From: Patescibacteria group bacterium
GTDB lineage: Bacteria; Patescibacteriota; Minisyncoccia; Phycocordibacterales; UBA1550
DNA length: 64,000 bases
Direction of reading: 5' to 3'
Assembly: GCA_038062675.1 (NCBI GenBank)
Contig: JBBTWP010000003.1
Span: 37,934 to 101,933, forward strand
Numbering within the stretch: the stretch's first letter is position 1; every line of letters begins with the position of its first letter. The position numbers were made by a program, and so were the translations under genes. Shown here piece after piece: positions 18,870-27,869 of this stretch. The notes under the pieces are model-generated. The model was not told the DNA's origin. It saw only the letters and a program-made list of their open reading frames with translations, and made no database searches.

Positions 18870-19139
18870 GGCAAAGAACTCCTCTCGTTGAACGAATGCC
18901 TGTAGTTATTGGGCCGATCCCAGAACCAACATTCGTTATTACCTATGCTCATCTTACAAACTACAAAAGTGTTGTCAAAGACTAACAACATGCACGCCAA
19001 ATTCCGCCATGGGTGTCAAAAATTGTCACGACAGGTTGTAAAATAATGCCCATATTTAAAGGTTTATGACTAAAATTAACGACCTGTTGTTGGCAGTTGA
19101 CAACAGTCTCTGTTCCTGTATTCTGTGCAGTAAGGCTAT

Positions 19140-19937
19140 TTGTTAAAAGCTGACAACATGGATATCAACAAAGTATTACAAAATTTTGAATTCTCCGACA
19201 AGGAAATTGCCGTGTATCTTGGCCTGCTTGAGCTCGAAACAGGAACCGCGACACAGATTGCCGACCAGTCACAAATAAACAGAAGCACGGTATATGTCAT
19301 CATTGAAGCACTTCAAAAGAGGGGACTTATTAGCATCAACAAAGAAGAAGCGAGTATCACAAAATACGTCGCATCTCCCCCTGAGCGTCTCTTGCAACTT
19401 GCCGAAGAGGAAACGAAGCGATATCAGACCCTAGTCGGGCAAATTCATTCAGTTCTTCCTGAACTCAAATCTCGCTATCGGGGAAACAAACCTCGACCCA
19501 AAGTAAGACTTTACGAAGGGAAAGAGGGACTAATAAGTGCGTACGAAGACACTCTAACATCAAGTGAGCCAATACGTGCCTACGCATCAATTGAAAACAT
19601 GCACAAAGCTCTCCCTGGATATTTCCCAGATTACTACAAACGACGTGCTGAAAAAGGGATCGCTATACGTTCCGTTCATCCCGACACTGAAGAAGCTCGT
19701 AAAAGAACAATTCACAACTCGGAAGAGCGTCGCGACTCGGCGCTTGTCCCACCAAGCGAGTATAGCTTCTCTCCTGAGATAAATATTTACGATAACAAAA
19801 TTGTCTTTATGTCACTCATCGAAAAATTTTCACTCATCATAGAAAGCAAAGAACTTGCAGATGCACTTAAAAAAGTATTCGAACTTTCGTGGAAGGAGGC
19901 GGTACGACTTGATAATCTCTCAAAAAAGAAAAAATGA
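19140..19937 (+). CDS. TrmB-family transcriptional regulator
   Basis: N-terminal winged HTH 'FSDKEIAVYLGLLELETGTATQIADQSQINRSTVYVIIEALQKRGLI' plus a TrmB-like C-terminal domain. Start is uncertain: TTG at 19140 or ATG at 19158. Confidence 0.6.
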   Translation: MLKADNMDINKVLQNFEFSDKEIAVYLGLLELETGTATQIADQSQINRSTVYVIIEALQKRGLISINKEEASITKYVASPPERLLQLAEEETKRYQTLVGQIHSVLPELKSRYRGNKPRPKVRLYEGKEGLISAYEDTLTSSEPIRAYASIENMHKALPGYFPDYYKRRAEKGIAIRSVHPDTEEARKRTIHNSEERRDSALVPPSEYSFSPEINIYDNKIVFMSLIEKFSLIIESKELADALKKVFELSWKEAVRLDNLSKKKK

Positions 19938-20779
19938 ACACTCCAACACCCATCATAAAAATTGATGCGCTCTCATCCAAATACCCCGATATTCGCATGT
20001 ATATTAAGGACGAGAGTGTAAACCCTTACGGAACAATTAAGGACCGTCGCAATGCACACATCGCAAAAGAGGCTCTTCGCCTTGGTGTCGACAAACTAGC
20101 AATGATCACTTCTGGGAACAACGGGTATAGTCTTTCAAGGCTTGCGAGTGAAACCAATATCAAAGTCACTTGCATTGTAGACAAGACGGTTAGCGAAGAT
20201 GTTCACAAGAAACTTTCTGAGGTTGCATATCAAGTGATTAAAATAAATCTTCAAGATAAAATTTTGCGTACTGAAGAAATTATTTCCTTTGCGCGCGATC
20301 GCGACGATGAGGTCATTTGGGATGTCACCAATGGGTATGAAGAATCGTACGGCATTGTGGTAAACGAAATTCTTGCGCAACTACCACATGTTGATTACAT
20401 TGTAGTCCCCTTGGGGAGCGGTGGGATCTTTGTGGGCATTGCAGAGCAACTTTCCAAATCTAATCACATTGCAAAAGTAATCGGCGTTGGACCCAAAGCA
20501 AACTATCGGAGCTTTGCTGATAAACTTTCGACACCATGGTCCCCATACACGAAAGCAATCGAAGGGTATGAGAAGCGCGGGCACACTGTTATTCGCCTAT
20601 CCGAATCAGAAATACAAAAAACTTATTTACATTGTCGCAACATCTGCAACTGCGAACCTTCGGCGTCGATTGTTTTTGCAGCACTTGAACATTTTAATTT
20701 CAAAAAAGAAGATACGGTTGTTTTTATAAACTCCGGCAATTCTGAGGCGACAAATTTTTTACATCGATCAATTTCCTAA
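19934..20779 (+). CDS. PLP-dependent fold-type II enzyme (threonine synthase / cysteine synthase superfamily)
   Basis: 'KDESVNPYGTIKDRRNAHI' matches the PALP lysine motif (K-x-E-x-x-N-P-x-G-S/T-x-K-D-R). Glycine-rich 'VVPLGSGG'. Start overlaps the TrmB stop (ATGA). Confidence 0.6.
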   Translation: MNTPTPIIKIDALSSKYPDIRMYIKDESVNPYGTIKDRRNAHIAKEALRLGVDKLAMITSGNNGYSLSRLASETNIKVTCIVDKTVSEDVHKKLSEVAYQVIKINLQDKILRTEEIISFARDRDDEVIWDVTNGYEESYGIVVNEILAQLPHVDYIVVPLGSGGIFVGIAEQLSKSNHIAKVIGVGPKANYRSFADKLSTPWSPYTKAIEGYEKRGHTVIRLSESEIQKTYLHCRNICNCEPSASIVFAALEHFNFKKEDTVVFINSGNSEATNFLHRSIS

Positions 20780-22329
20780 AACTCGTGCTCAGATATTTTT
20801 TTGTTTGGTGAAGTTGTGGTGCGGGGGAAATTTTTTACGACGATGTAGCCGAGGGCGACGTATGACAAAATGAGGAGTGTGAGCGGAAATGTTTTCAAGT
20901 GAAGTGAGCCGTACGGAACTTTTGCAAAAAGTTCGACGATGGAAATAATGTACGCAAGAATGATGTAAGAAATGTATCCGAGCATCGCACCCAAGAGCGG
21001 CACCCATGCGAAGCACGCAACAAGAAGTGCAGCGAGCATCGCAAGTGGGACAGCGGGTAAGACAATGAGGTTGGTGATGAGCCCAACCACCGACGCACTG
21101 CCCATGTGGTAGAGAAGAAGTGGCAGTACAAAAATTTGTGTGGCGACAGTGGCAAGAAAAATCTCGCGCATCATGCTTGGTGTCCGTGAGCGTGAAACAC
21201 CAAAAAAATATTTCTCGAGAATAGGGACCAACACAACAAGCGCGAGTGTAGCCACAAACGAGAGTTGAAATGAAACATCATGAAAAAGAATCATGGGGTT
21301 GTGAAGCACCATGAGTGTACCTGCGAGGACGAGTACACGAAGCGCACTACTCTCGCGACCAAGTGCGCGCGCAATGATGACGACGAGCACCATGATGGTC
21401 GCGCGCACCACCGTGGCCCCACCACCGACAAGCATAGCAAACATCACAATGCCGAACGCGCTCATCACAAGGCGAAGCGTAAACGAAAGCGACCCAGCGA
21501 CGCGCGCGAGCGCGCTCGCAACAATGGCGATGTTGTATCCCGAAAGCACGACAATGTGCACCACTCCCGTTTCACGAAATTTCTGTAACAGCTCTTCGCC
21601 GAGTGATTGTTTGGCACCAAGCAAGACTCCGCCCGCAAGCGACGCCTCAGGCTCGGGAATGACGCGGTTAATATTCTTGAGTAGCACATCTTTCAATGCA
21701 AACAATTTCTCATACACCATGTTTCCTTTATGTTGTGAAGCAACCTCAACTACTGGATAGAGCATCTGATAGAAGATATCGTCGCGTGCAAGATATGAAC
21801 GATAGTCGAACATGCGCGTCTCGGTTTCGCTTGTGAAATTTTTTGGCACCAACATCTTGCCCTGCACGCGCACAACATCACCATACTGAAGTCGCGGGTA
21901 CTCTGCCGTACGCACGAGCACGCGCACACGCTCGTCAAGGACATGGATCGACGGTTGTCCAATAGAACTGACCGATACAACTTCAAAGACAACGTTCGTG
22001 TAGGCGTCGCGAGCATCCACTTCGCGCACTACCAATCCCTCGAGCGTCACGGATTTTCCCACCAGCGAATCCAACACGTGCATGTTTCTCAACAGGCGCT
22101 CGTTGTTAAACTCCTGCCGAAAAACTCCGAGAGCACACGATATCAAGATGCATGAAACAAAGAAACGCTTTCGCGCCTCTCGACCAACGCCGTGCATCAC
22201 CAACAACATGCACGCAAGAAGAAGCAAGAAAAAAATGAACGCCGACCCAAAACGAAAGAGTGACTCGAGAGCCACCCCAACAACGAAACTTATTGTGAAA
22301 CCGTAAAAATAATTGTTCCCCATACTCAC
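20776..22329 (-). CDS. comEC: ComEC/Rec2-family DNA internalization channel protein (transmembrane competence domain, no MBL domain)
   Basis: 517 aa polytopic membrane protein with an N-terminal OB-fold-like region 'YGDVVRVQGKMLVPKNFTSETETRMFDYRSYLARDDIFYQM' characteristic of ComEC (DUF4131 plus competence domain). Confidence 0.65.
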   Translation of the reverse strand: MSMGNNYFYGFTISFVVGVALESLFRFGSAFIFFLLLLACMLLVMHGVGREARKRFFVSCILISCALGVFRQEFNNERLLRNMHVLDSLVGKSVTLEGLVVREVDARDAYTNVVFEVVSVSSIGQPSIHVLDERVRVLVRTAEYPRLQYGDVVRVQGKMLVPKNFTSETETRMFDYRSYLARDDIFYQMLYPVVEVASQHKGNMVYEKLFALKDVLLKNINRVIPEPEASLAGGVLLGAKQSLGEELLQKFRETGVVHIVVLSGYNIAIVASALARVAGSLSFTLRLVMSAFGIVMFAMLVGGGATVVRATIMVLVVIIARALGRESSALRVLVLAGTLMVLHNPMILFHDVSFQLSFVATLALVVLVPILEKYFFGVSRSRTPSMMREIFLATVATQIFVLPLLLYHMGSASVVGLITNLIVLPAVPLAMLAALLVACFAWVPLLGAMLGYISYIILAYIISIVELFAKVPYGSLHLKTFPLTLLILSYVALGYIVVKNFPRTTTSPNKKISEHEF

Positions 22330-22351
22330 TTATTCCATCAAAAGGACATGC

Positions 22352-23095
22352 CTATCGGACACCCCATGCGCTCATAATCGCTCGCTCGTCGTCCGCACTC
22401 GTCGACTTTTTGAACTTCGTTCCCGGCACTCCCTTCACCCGCTTCTCACACTCCGCCCACGTAGCATGCTTCATGAGTTTGCCACCGACGAGACTCAAGT
22501 ATGAATATGCCTTCACTCCGGATTTCGATTTTGATTTTGTTTTCTTTGCGGCAAGTTTTTTTGCGTCACCTTCGACTGGAGTGAGGTCAACTTCATACGT
22601 ACTCCGCGCTCCGTCAAAAAGCTGTGGGAACATTTTGTCCGCACACATCGTCGCAATCTCGTCCGCGCGTTCGTTTCCCGGAATGCCCGCGTGTCCCGGT
22701 GCATAGTTCCATGCGATTGTGCATCCACTCATTTTGAGATCAGCTACCGCGAGTACAAGTTCTTCCCACAAGTCGCGATTGATTACGTCTTCTTTTTTAC
22801 TATTTACCCATCCGTTTTTTTGCCACCCAAACACCCACTTCGTGATGCCATTCAAAACATAGCTCGAGTCTGCACGCACATCGATTGAAAATTCGCTCCC
22901 AAGGTCGCGCACAAATGAGAGTCCCGCGATCGCGGCGCGAAGTTCCATGCGATTGTTTGTCGTGCGCTCTTCACCACCGCCGAGCTCGACGACACGCTCA
23001 CGTGTTGCAACAATCGTTCCCCATCCACCCGGCCCCGGATTCCCGCGCGATGACCCATCCGTGTATATTAAAATTTCTGGTTTCTTCATCATCAC
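22352..23095 (-). CDS. rnhA: Ribonuclease HI with a C-terminal hybrid-binding-like extension
   Basis: 'ILIYTDGSSRGNPGPGGWG...TNNRMELRAAI...WVNSKKEDVINRDLWEEL...NERADEIA' is the RNase H catalytic core. The C-terminal 'KAYSYLSLVGGKLMKHATWAECEKRVKGVPGTKFKKSTSADDE' resembles the RNase H1 hybrid-binding (viroplasmin-like) domain. Confidence 0.75.
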   Translation of the reverse strand: MMMKKPEILIYTDGSSRGNPGPGGWGTIVATRERVVELGGGEERTTNNRMELRAAIAGLSFVRDLGSEFSIDVRADSSYVLNGITKWVFGWQKNGWVNSKKEDVINRDLWEELVLAVADLKMSGCTIAWNYAPGHAGIPGNERADEIATMCADKMFPQLFDGARSTYEVDLTPVEGDAKKLAAKKTKSKSKSGVKAYSYLSLVGGKLMKHATWAECEKRVKGVPGTKFKKSTSADDERAIMSAWGVR

Positions 23096-23098
23096 AGT

Positions 23099-24784
23099 TT
23101 AGCTTTTTTTCATCACGTTCACAATTCGAAGTCGAAGCTCGCGCTTCCCACGAAATGTGTTGAGGTCGAATGTTGCAACAAGGTCGACCTTGTCACCCGA
23201 GACCAACGCTTCATATTTTTTATCCGTCGCAAAAAATAAAATGGCGAGCACGCGAACACCACGTGAGTTTTCGAATGCGAGCTCGAGATGCGCGCGCTCT
23301 TTTCCAAAACGTCGCACGTCGGCAAGATGCACCCCCTCGAACAAAAATGTTGGCTTGGGATTTCCAATTCCGAACGGCGCAAACTGTTCGATGATTTTCC
23401 ATGTCGACCAATTCACGTCGTCGAACGAAAGTGTCGCGTCGATAGTCCACTCCGCTTTTTCTTTTTCAAAACGCACCTTCTGGTACGCACGTACAAGCTC
23501 GTCTTCCATCGTGTGCACACCATCTTGAAGAAGCGAAAAACCTCCCGCGAGTGCGTGACCTCCCACGTTCACAAAAAAACCTTCCGTCACACTCGTCATG
23601 AGTTCAACAAGATTCACCGTACCATCGGAACGACACGAACCTTTGATCGTTCCGTCTTCCGCGCGACCCCACACAAACACCGGACGCGCGTACGCTTCGA
23701 CCAAAGATGACGCAACGAGTCCCGCGAGTCCGGGTCGCCACTCTGGATTACCGATCACGATCACTCCGCGCAAATCTTCATTCGTGTTCCGATGCTCGAT
23801 GTGCTTGCGTGCCTCCTTCACCATACTCGCCACCAAACCTTTTCGTGTTTCGTTTAAGTGCGTGAGGTGGTCCGCAAATTCTTCTGCCTCGCGTTCGTCG
23901 GTTGATGCGAGCAGACGAAACGCGTCGATGGGATTTCCCATGCGGCTTGCGGCGTTGATGCGCGGACCGATCATGAACCCAACATCGTCCTCTACAATAT
24001 TCGCCTGTGGCATGTCCATCTTTGCGAGAAGTTTTTTGAGCCCGAGTCGTGGTGACTTGCGGAGCACTTTGAGACCAAAATACGCAATCGCACGATTTTC
24101 ATTTTTGAGTGGCACCATGTCTGCGATTGTTGAGAGACCCGCCATGTCGAGGAGCCATTTCTCCCAACCCACGGGGACACTCCACGCCTCGCGCCTTCGT
24201 GCAAGAAGCGCACACGAAAGTTTCCATGCTACCCCTGCCCCGCAGAGCATGTTGTCGGGATAGGGATCCGTCGCCTGTTTTGAATTGAGAATCGTGTATG
24301 CCCGTGGCACCACGTCTTGTGGCAAGTGGTGGTCGGTAATGATGACATCCATACCGAGTTCATTTGCACGTGCCACTTCATGTACGTCCGTGATACCACA
24401 ATCCACGGTAATCATGAGGGTCACCCCCTCCCCTGCGAGTTTTTCCACTGCCCCCACATTGAGCCCATACCCTTCGTTGTGCCGATGAGGAATGTAGTTT
24501 TGAAAATGTGCGTAGCTTATCTTTTTGAAAAAATCATGAAGCACCACGGAGCCCGGAATCCCATCGCAATCGTAATCGCCATAAATGACGATTTTTTCGT
24601 TCGCGTCCATCGCCTGCAAAATGCGCTCGACTGCCCGCTCCATATTAAGCATAAGAAATGGATCGTAGATATCGCGCTCATAACTTGGATTCAAAAACTT
24701 TTCCGCCGCCTCTTCCGTCAAAATCCCCCTGTTTTTGAGGAGCGTTTGCGCAAGGAGTGGATATTTCGCCAATTCAGGTGACAT
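23099..24784 (-). CDS. recJ: Single-stranded-DNA-specific exonuclease RecJ (DHH/DHHA1)
   Basis: 'IVIYGDYDCDGIPGSVVL' and 'ITDHHLP' are DHH motifs. Start placed at 'MSPELAKYPLL' (ATG 24784) rather than the extended ORF start at 24907. Confidence 0.8.
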   Translation of the reverse strand: MSPELAKYPLLAQTLLKNRGILTEEAAEKFLNPSYERDIYDPFLMLNMERAVERILQAMDANEKIVIYGDYDCDGIPGSVVLHDFFKKISYAHFQNYIPHRHNEGYGLNVGAVEKLAGEGVTLMITVDCGITDVHEVARANELGMDVIITDHHLPQDVVPRAYTILNSKQATDPYPDNMLCGAGVAWKLSCALLARRREAWSVPVGWEKWLLDMAGLSTIADMVPLKNENRAIAYFGLKVLRKSPRLGLKKLLAKMDMPQANIVEDDVGFMIGPRINAASRMGNPIDAFRLLASTDEREAEEFADHLTHLNETRKGLVASMVKEARKHIEHRNTNEDLRGVIVIGNPEWRPGLAGLVASSLVEAYARPVFVWGRAEDGTIKGSCRSDGTVNLVELMTSVTEGFFVNVGGHALAGGFSLLQDGVHTMEDELVRAYQKVRFEKEKAEWTIDATLSFDDVNWSTWKIIEQFAPFGIGNPKPTFLFEGVHLADVRRFGKERAHLELAFENSRGVRVLAILFFATDKKYEALVSGDKVDLVATFDLNTFRGKRELRLRIVNVMKKS

Positions 24785-24812
24785 AATGGGCATTCTACCA
24801 TATACTGTAAAG

Positions 24813-25631
24813 ATGACTGATTGTCTATTTTGCAAAATCATTGCAGGGAACATTCCCACCGAAAAAGTGTACGAGGATGCAGAGTGTTTTGCATTTCTTG
24901 ACATCAACCCCGTAAATATTGGTCATACACTTCTTGTCCCGAAAGCACACCATGCAAACCTCTATGAAACACCGGATGAAATCCTCGCTCACCTAGCACC
25001 CATCATCAAAAAACTTGCCATCGTGGTCAAAAAAGCCGTACTCGCCGACGGCATCAACATCGAAATGAACAACGACTCTGCGGCAAGCCAGCTCATTTTT
25101 CACACCCACATCCACATTATTCCTCGTTTTTTGAATGACGAGGCGCACTACTGGAAACACAAAGGAAAGTATCATGACGGGGAGATGGCAAGCATAGGGA
25201 AAAAGATGCAAGAAAATTTTAAAATTTTTGAGAATCCCCCATTGGACAGATTTGACACATGGAACATGGCCAAGAAAAAACTCCACGAAGAGACAGATGT
25301 TCCTGACAGATTCCCAAAGGAAGGCGAGGTGTGGATGAGCGTGCTCGGGAAAAATATTGGCTACGAACAAAATGGCGGAGGTGATAATTTCTCGAGACCT
25401 TTATTGATTATCAAAAAGTTTAACAATCACATGTTTTGGGCAATACCACTTTCTACCACACAAAAAAGTCTAGATTTTTATTACAACTTTATTGACCCTA
25501 ACCAGAATTCTGTTTCTGCAATCATCGCACAGCTAAAACTTGTGAGCCTAAAAAGGTTAAAAAGAAAACTTTACGACATGCCTCAAGAAAAACTAGAGGA
25601 CATAAAACGTAAAACGACAGAGCTCTTCTAA
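24813..25631 (+). CDS. HIT (histidine triad) domain fused to a C-terminal MazF/PemK-like domain
   Basis: N-terminus 'MTDCLFCKIIAGNIPTEKVYED...HTHIHIIPRF' is a HIT domain with the HxHxHxx triad. C-terminal ~110 aa 'PKEGEVWMSVLGKNIGYEQNGGGDNFSRPLLIIKKFNNHMFWAIPLSTTQKS...' aligns to the MazF/PemK pattern 'GxhhxVxhxPxxGxEQxGxRPxhVhSxxxxNxxxxxhhhhPhTS'. Single uninterrupted frame. Confidence 0.55.
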   Translation: MTDCLFCKIIAGNIPTEKVYEDAECFAFLDINPVNIGHTLLVPKAHHANLYETPDEILAHLAPIIKKLAIVVKKAVLADGINIEMNNDSAASQLIFHTHIHIIPRFLNDEAHYWKHKGKYHDGEMASIGKKMQENFKIFENPPLDRFDTWNMAKKKLHEETDVPDRFPKEGEVWMSVLGKNIGYEQNGGGDNFSRPLLIIKKFNNHMFWAIPLSTTQKSLDFYYNFIDPNQNSVSAIIAQLKLVSLKRLKRKLYDMPQEKLEDIKRKTTELF

Positions 25632-25784
25632 AACTCGAAACCCCGCCAATTGGCGGGGTTTCTCGGAGCCTTACGGCACTTTATAATTTCATCTTATACC
25701 CAACTGTTGAGTAAGTCAAGTTTTTCTGCAATATGTAATACCAAAGCGAAAAGTGCACCCCTTCCATTATTCTGCCCCACCATC

Positions 25785-26933
25785 CTACCTCTTCTTACAC
25801 TTCAAAATCGCGTCAATCCCCGGAAGCTTACCGTCAGCAAGAAAATCGAGTGTTGCACCACCGCCAGTTGAAACAAATGAGAATTTTGCATCCAAACCGA
25901 GTTTGCCCACGACTGCCGCTGTGTCGCCACCACCAATGATTGATGTTGCGCGGGTTTCTGAGATTGCTTTCAAAAGTGAGATTGTTCCTTTATCAAACCC
26001 TTGCTCGTAGTAGCCAAGTGGACCATTCCACACAATAAGTTTTGCTTTCTTTAGAAGCGGTCCAAGGTTACGAATCGTCTCGGGACCGACATCCATAATG
26101 CTTTCACCTGCCCCAACTTCATCTACATTTTTTACGACCGTCTTCTTTGCGCCACCCTGCACCACGACATCTGTTGGTAATATAATCTTGCCGCCTTTCA
26201 AAAGGCGCGTGAGATCTACTTTATGCTTATCCACAAAAGATTTTCCCACTTCAAGTCCCTCATCTTGAAAGAAATCGTTGGCAAGAATACCCCCCACAAA
26301 CACATGGTCAGCAATTTTCAAAAACTTTTTCATAAGTGGCATCTTGGTCTCAAATTTTGCTCCGCCCAAAATAAACAAGAAGGGATGTTTTGGATTGAGT
26401 GCAAGCGAGAGGTTCTTCACTTCGTCGGCAATCAAAAACCCTGCATAGCTCGGCAAATATTTCGTAATTCCTACCACGGAGGCGTGTGCACGGTGCGACA
26501 CAGCAAACGCATCATTCACATAAATATCTCCAAATGAGGCGAGATGTTTTGCAAATGCAGGGTCATTTTGTGTTTCGCGTTCATCCAGACGCAAATTTTC
26601 AAACAAAACTACACCGCCTTCTGGTAAACCATTCACAATGGCTTGTGCGTTCTCAGAACGAAAATCGGGTGCGAATCCAATATCCATAGTCTTGCTTAGG
26701 TAGCGCGCAATCGGTTTAAGAGACGAGGTTGCGTCCTTGCCAATGTGTGAAAAAATAACAATACGCGCTTTTTTCTTGCGTAAATATTCGATAGTAGGAA
26801 TCACGCGATCAATTCGCATCGTTTCCATGATTTTTCCATTTTTCATTGGAACGTTGAAGTCGAGGCGAAGCACCACCCGCTTCCCTTTGATGTTTTTCAA
26901 ATCTTTAATTGTTGGCAGTATTTGTTTGCTCAT
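25785..26933 (-). CDS. pgk: Phosphoglycerate kinase
   Basis: 'RLDFNVPMKNGKI', 'GGGDTAAVV' and 'STGGGA' are PGK signatures. 382 aa. Confidence 0.9.
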   Translation of the reverse strand: MSKQILPTIKDLKNIKGKRVVLRLDFNVPMKNGKIMETMRIDRVIPTIEYLRKKKARIVIFSHIGKDATSSLKPIARYLSKTMDIGFAPDFRSENAQAIVNGLPEGGVVLFENLRLDERETQNDPAFAKHLASFGDIYVNDAFAVSHRAHASVVGITKYLPSYAGFLIADEVKNLSLALNPKHPFLFILGGAKFETKMPLMKKFLKIADHVFVGGILANDFFQDEGLEVGKSFVDKHKVDLTRLLKGGKIILPTDVVVQGGAKKTVVKNVDEVGAGESIMDVGPETIRNLGPLLKKAKLIVWNGPLGYYEQGFDKGTISLLKAISETRATSIIGGGDTAAVVGKLGLDAKFSFVSTGGGATLDFLADGKLPGIDAILKCKKR

Positions 26934-26952
26934 AAATTTATGATATCACACC

Positions 26953-27717
26953 TTAACGAGCCGTCTTCTCCGCACTTTTTAAAATTGCCGCAAACACCTT
27001 CGGGTCCAAACTCGAACGCCCAACGAGAAGCCCTTGTACTTGAGATTTCGCAAGAAAATCTCCTGCGTTTTGTGCATCAACTGAGCCACCGTACAAAACA
27101 GGAATGTTGAAACTCCCTTGCCCATACAAATCGGCAAGTGTTTTGCGGATAAGAATAGTGACTTCAAGTGCGTCGTCTGTTGATGCAGCACGTACAGCAT
27201 TTTTACCAATAGCCCAAATGGGCTCGTAGGCAATTACCACGTTTGCCAAATCCTTTTTAGAAACTCCCTTCAATGCAAAAAGAATTTGTTCACCAATATA
27301 TTTCAAATATTCACCATCAGCGTCCCGAGTGCGTTCTCCCACGCAAAGCACTGCCGTGAGACCGGCTTTGATCGCAGCGTGGACTTTCCTATTTACCAAT
27401 TCATCCGTTTCGCCGAGTGCACGTCGTTCAGAATGTCCGATAATAACGTATGAAACTCCCAATGACATCAACATGTCGGGGGAAACTTCCCCTGTGTATG
27501 CGCCACTTTCTTCAGTCCACGCATTTTGAGCCCCCAAGACGCATCGATGCCCCGTTACCAGCTTTTTCAAATCACCCATATACACAAAGGGCGGGCAAAC
27601 AACTGTTTGTACATTACGAAGAGCCGCCGCTTCTTTTTTGATTGCTGTGAATTTATCGCGCGCCTCTTTTGCACTCACGGGGAACATTTTCCAATTACCA
27701 ATAATCAGTTTCTTCAT
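26953..27717 (-). CDS. tpiA: Triosephosphate isomerase
   Basis: 'VIAYEPIWAIGKN' (AYEPxWAIGTG-type active-site motif) and 'IGHSERR'. 254 aa. Confidence 0.9.
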   Translation of the reverse strand: MKKLIIGNWKMFPVSAKEARDKFTAIKKEAAALRNVQTVVCPPFVYMGDLKKLVTGHRCVLGAQNAWTEESGAYTGEVSPDMLMSLGVSYVIIGHSERRALGETDELVNRKVHAAIKAGLTAVLCVGERTRDADGEYLKYIGEQILFALKGVSKKDLANVVIAYEPIWAIGKNAVRAASTDDALEVTILIRKTLADLYGQGSFNIPVLYGGSVDAQNAGDFLAKSQVQGLLVGRSSLDPKVFAAILKSAEKTAR

Positions 27718-27759
27718 AGCCGTATTGTAGCATACGACACACAGAGGGCAGAAATGAAA

Positions 27760-27782
27760 TTACCTAGGACGGTCCTAGGTAA
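27760..27782. repeat. Palindromic motif 'TTACCTAGGACGGTCCTAGGTAA' (copy B)
   Basis: Perfect palindrome. Differs from copy A (12703) only by compensating A/T versus G/C changes at symmetric positions. Confidence 0.7.
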
Positions 27783-27783
27783 C

Positions 27784-27845
27784 ACGACCCATGGGGTGAG
27801 AAAATGCGCGGGCATGCCCGCGCATTTTCTCACCCCATGGGTCGT
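27784..27845. terminator. 62-bp perfect palindrome (bidirectional terminator / cruciform candidate)
   Basis: 'acgacccatggggtgagaaaatgcgcgggcatg|catgcccgcgcattttctcaccccatgggtcgt' has no loop and is centred on 'GCATGC'. Lies between the pilus cluster 3' end and the tpiA start. Confidence 0.55.
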
Positions 27846-27869
27846 ACTCATTACTGATTTCACCAACAC

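Noticed and set aside
21311-21760. 149-aa plus-strand ORF inside comEC
   Set aside because: It is antisense to a polytopic membrane gene, with Ser/Thr/Ala-rich composition typical of a spurious ORF.
23598-24263. 221-aa plus-strand ORF inside recJ, plus 23157..23710 ORFs
   Set aside because: It is antisense to recJ, which has clear DHH motifs, and has no domain signal.
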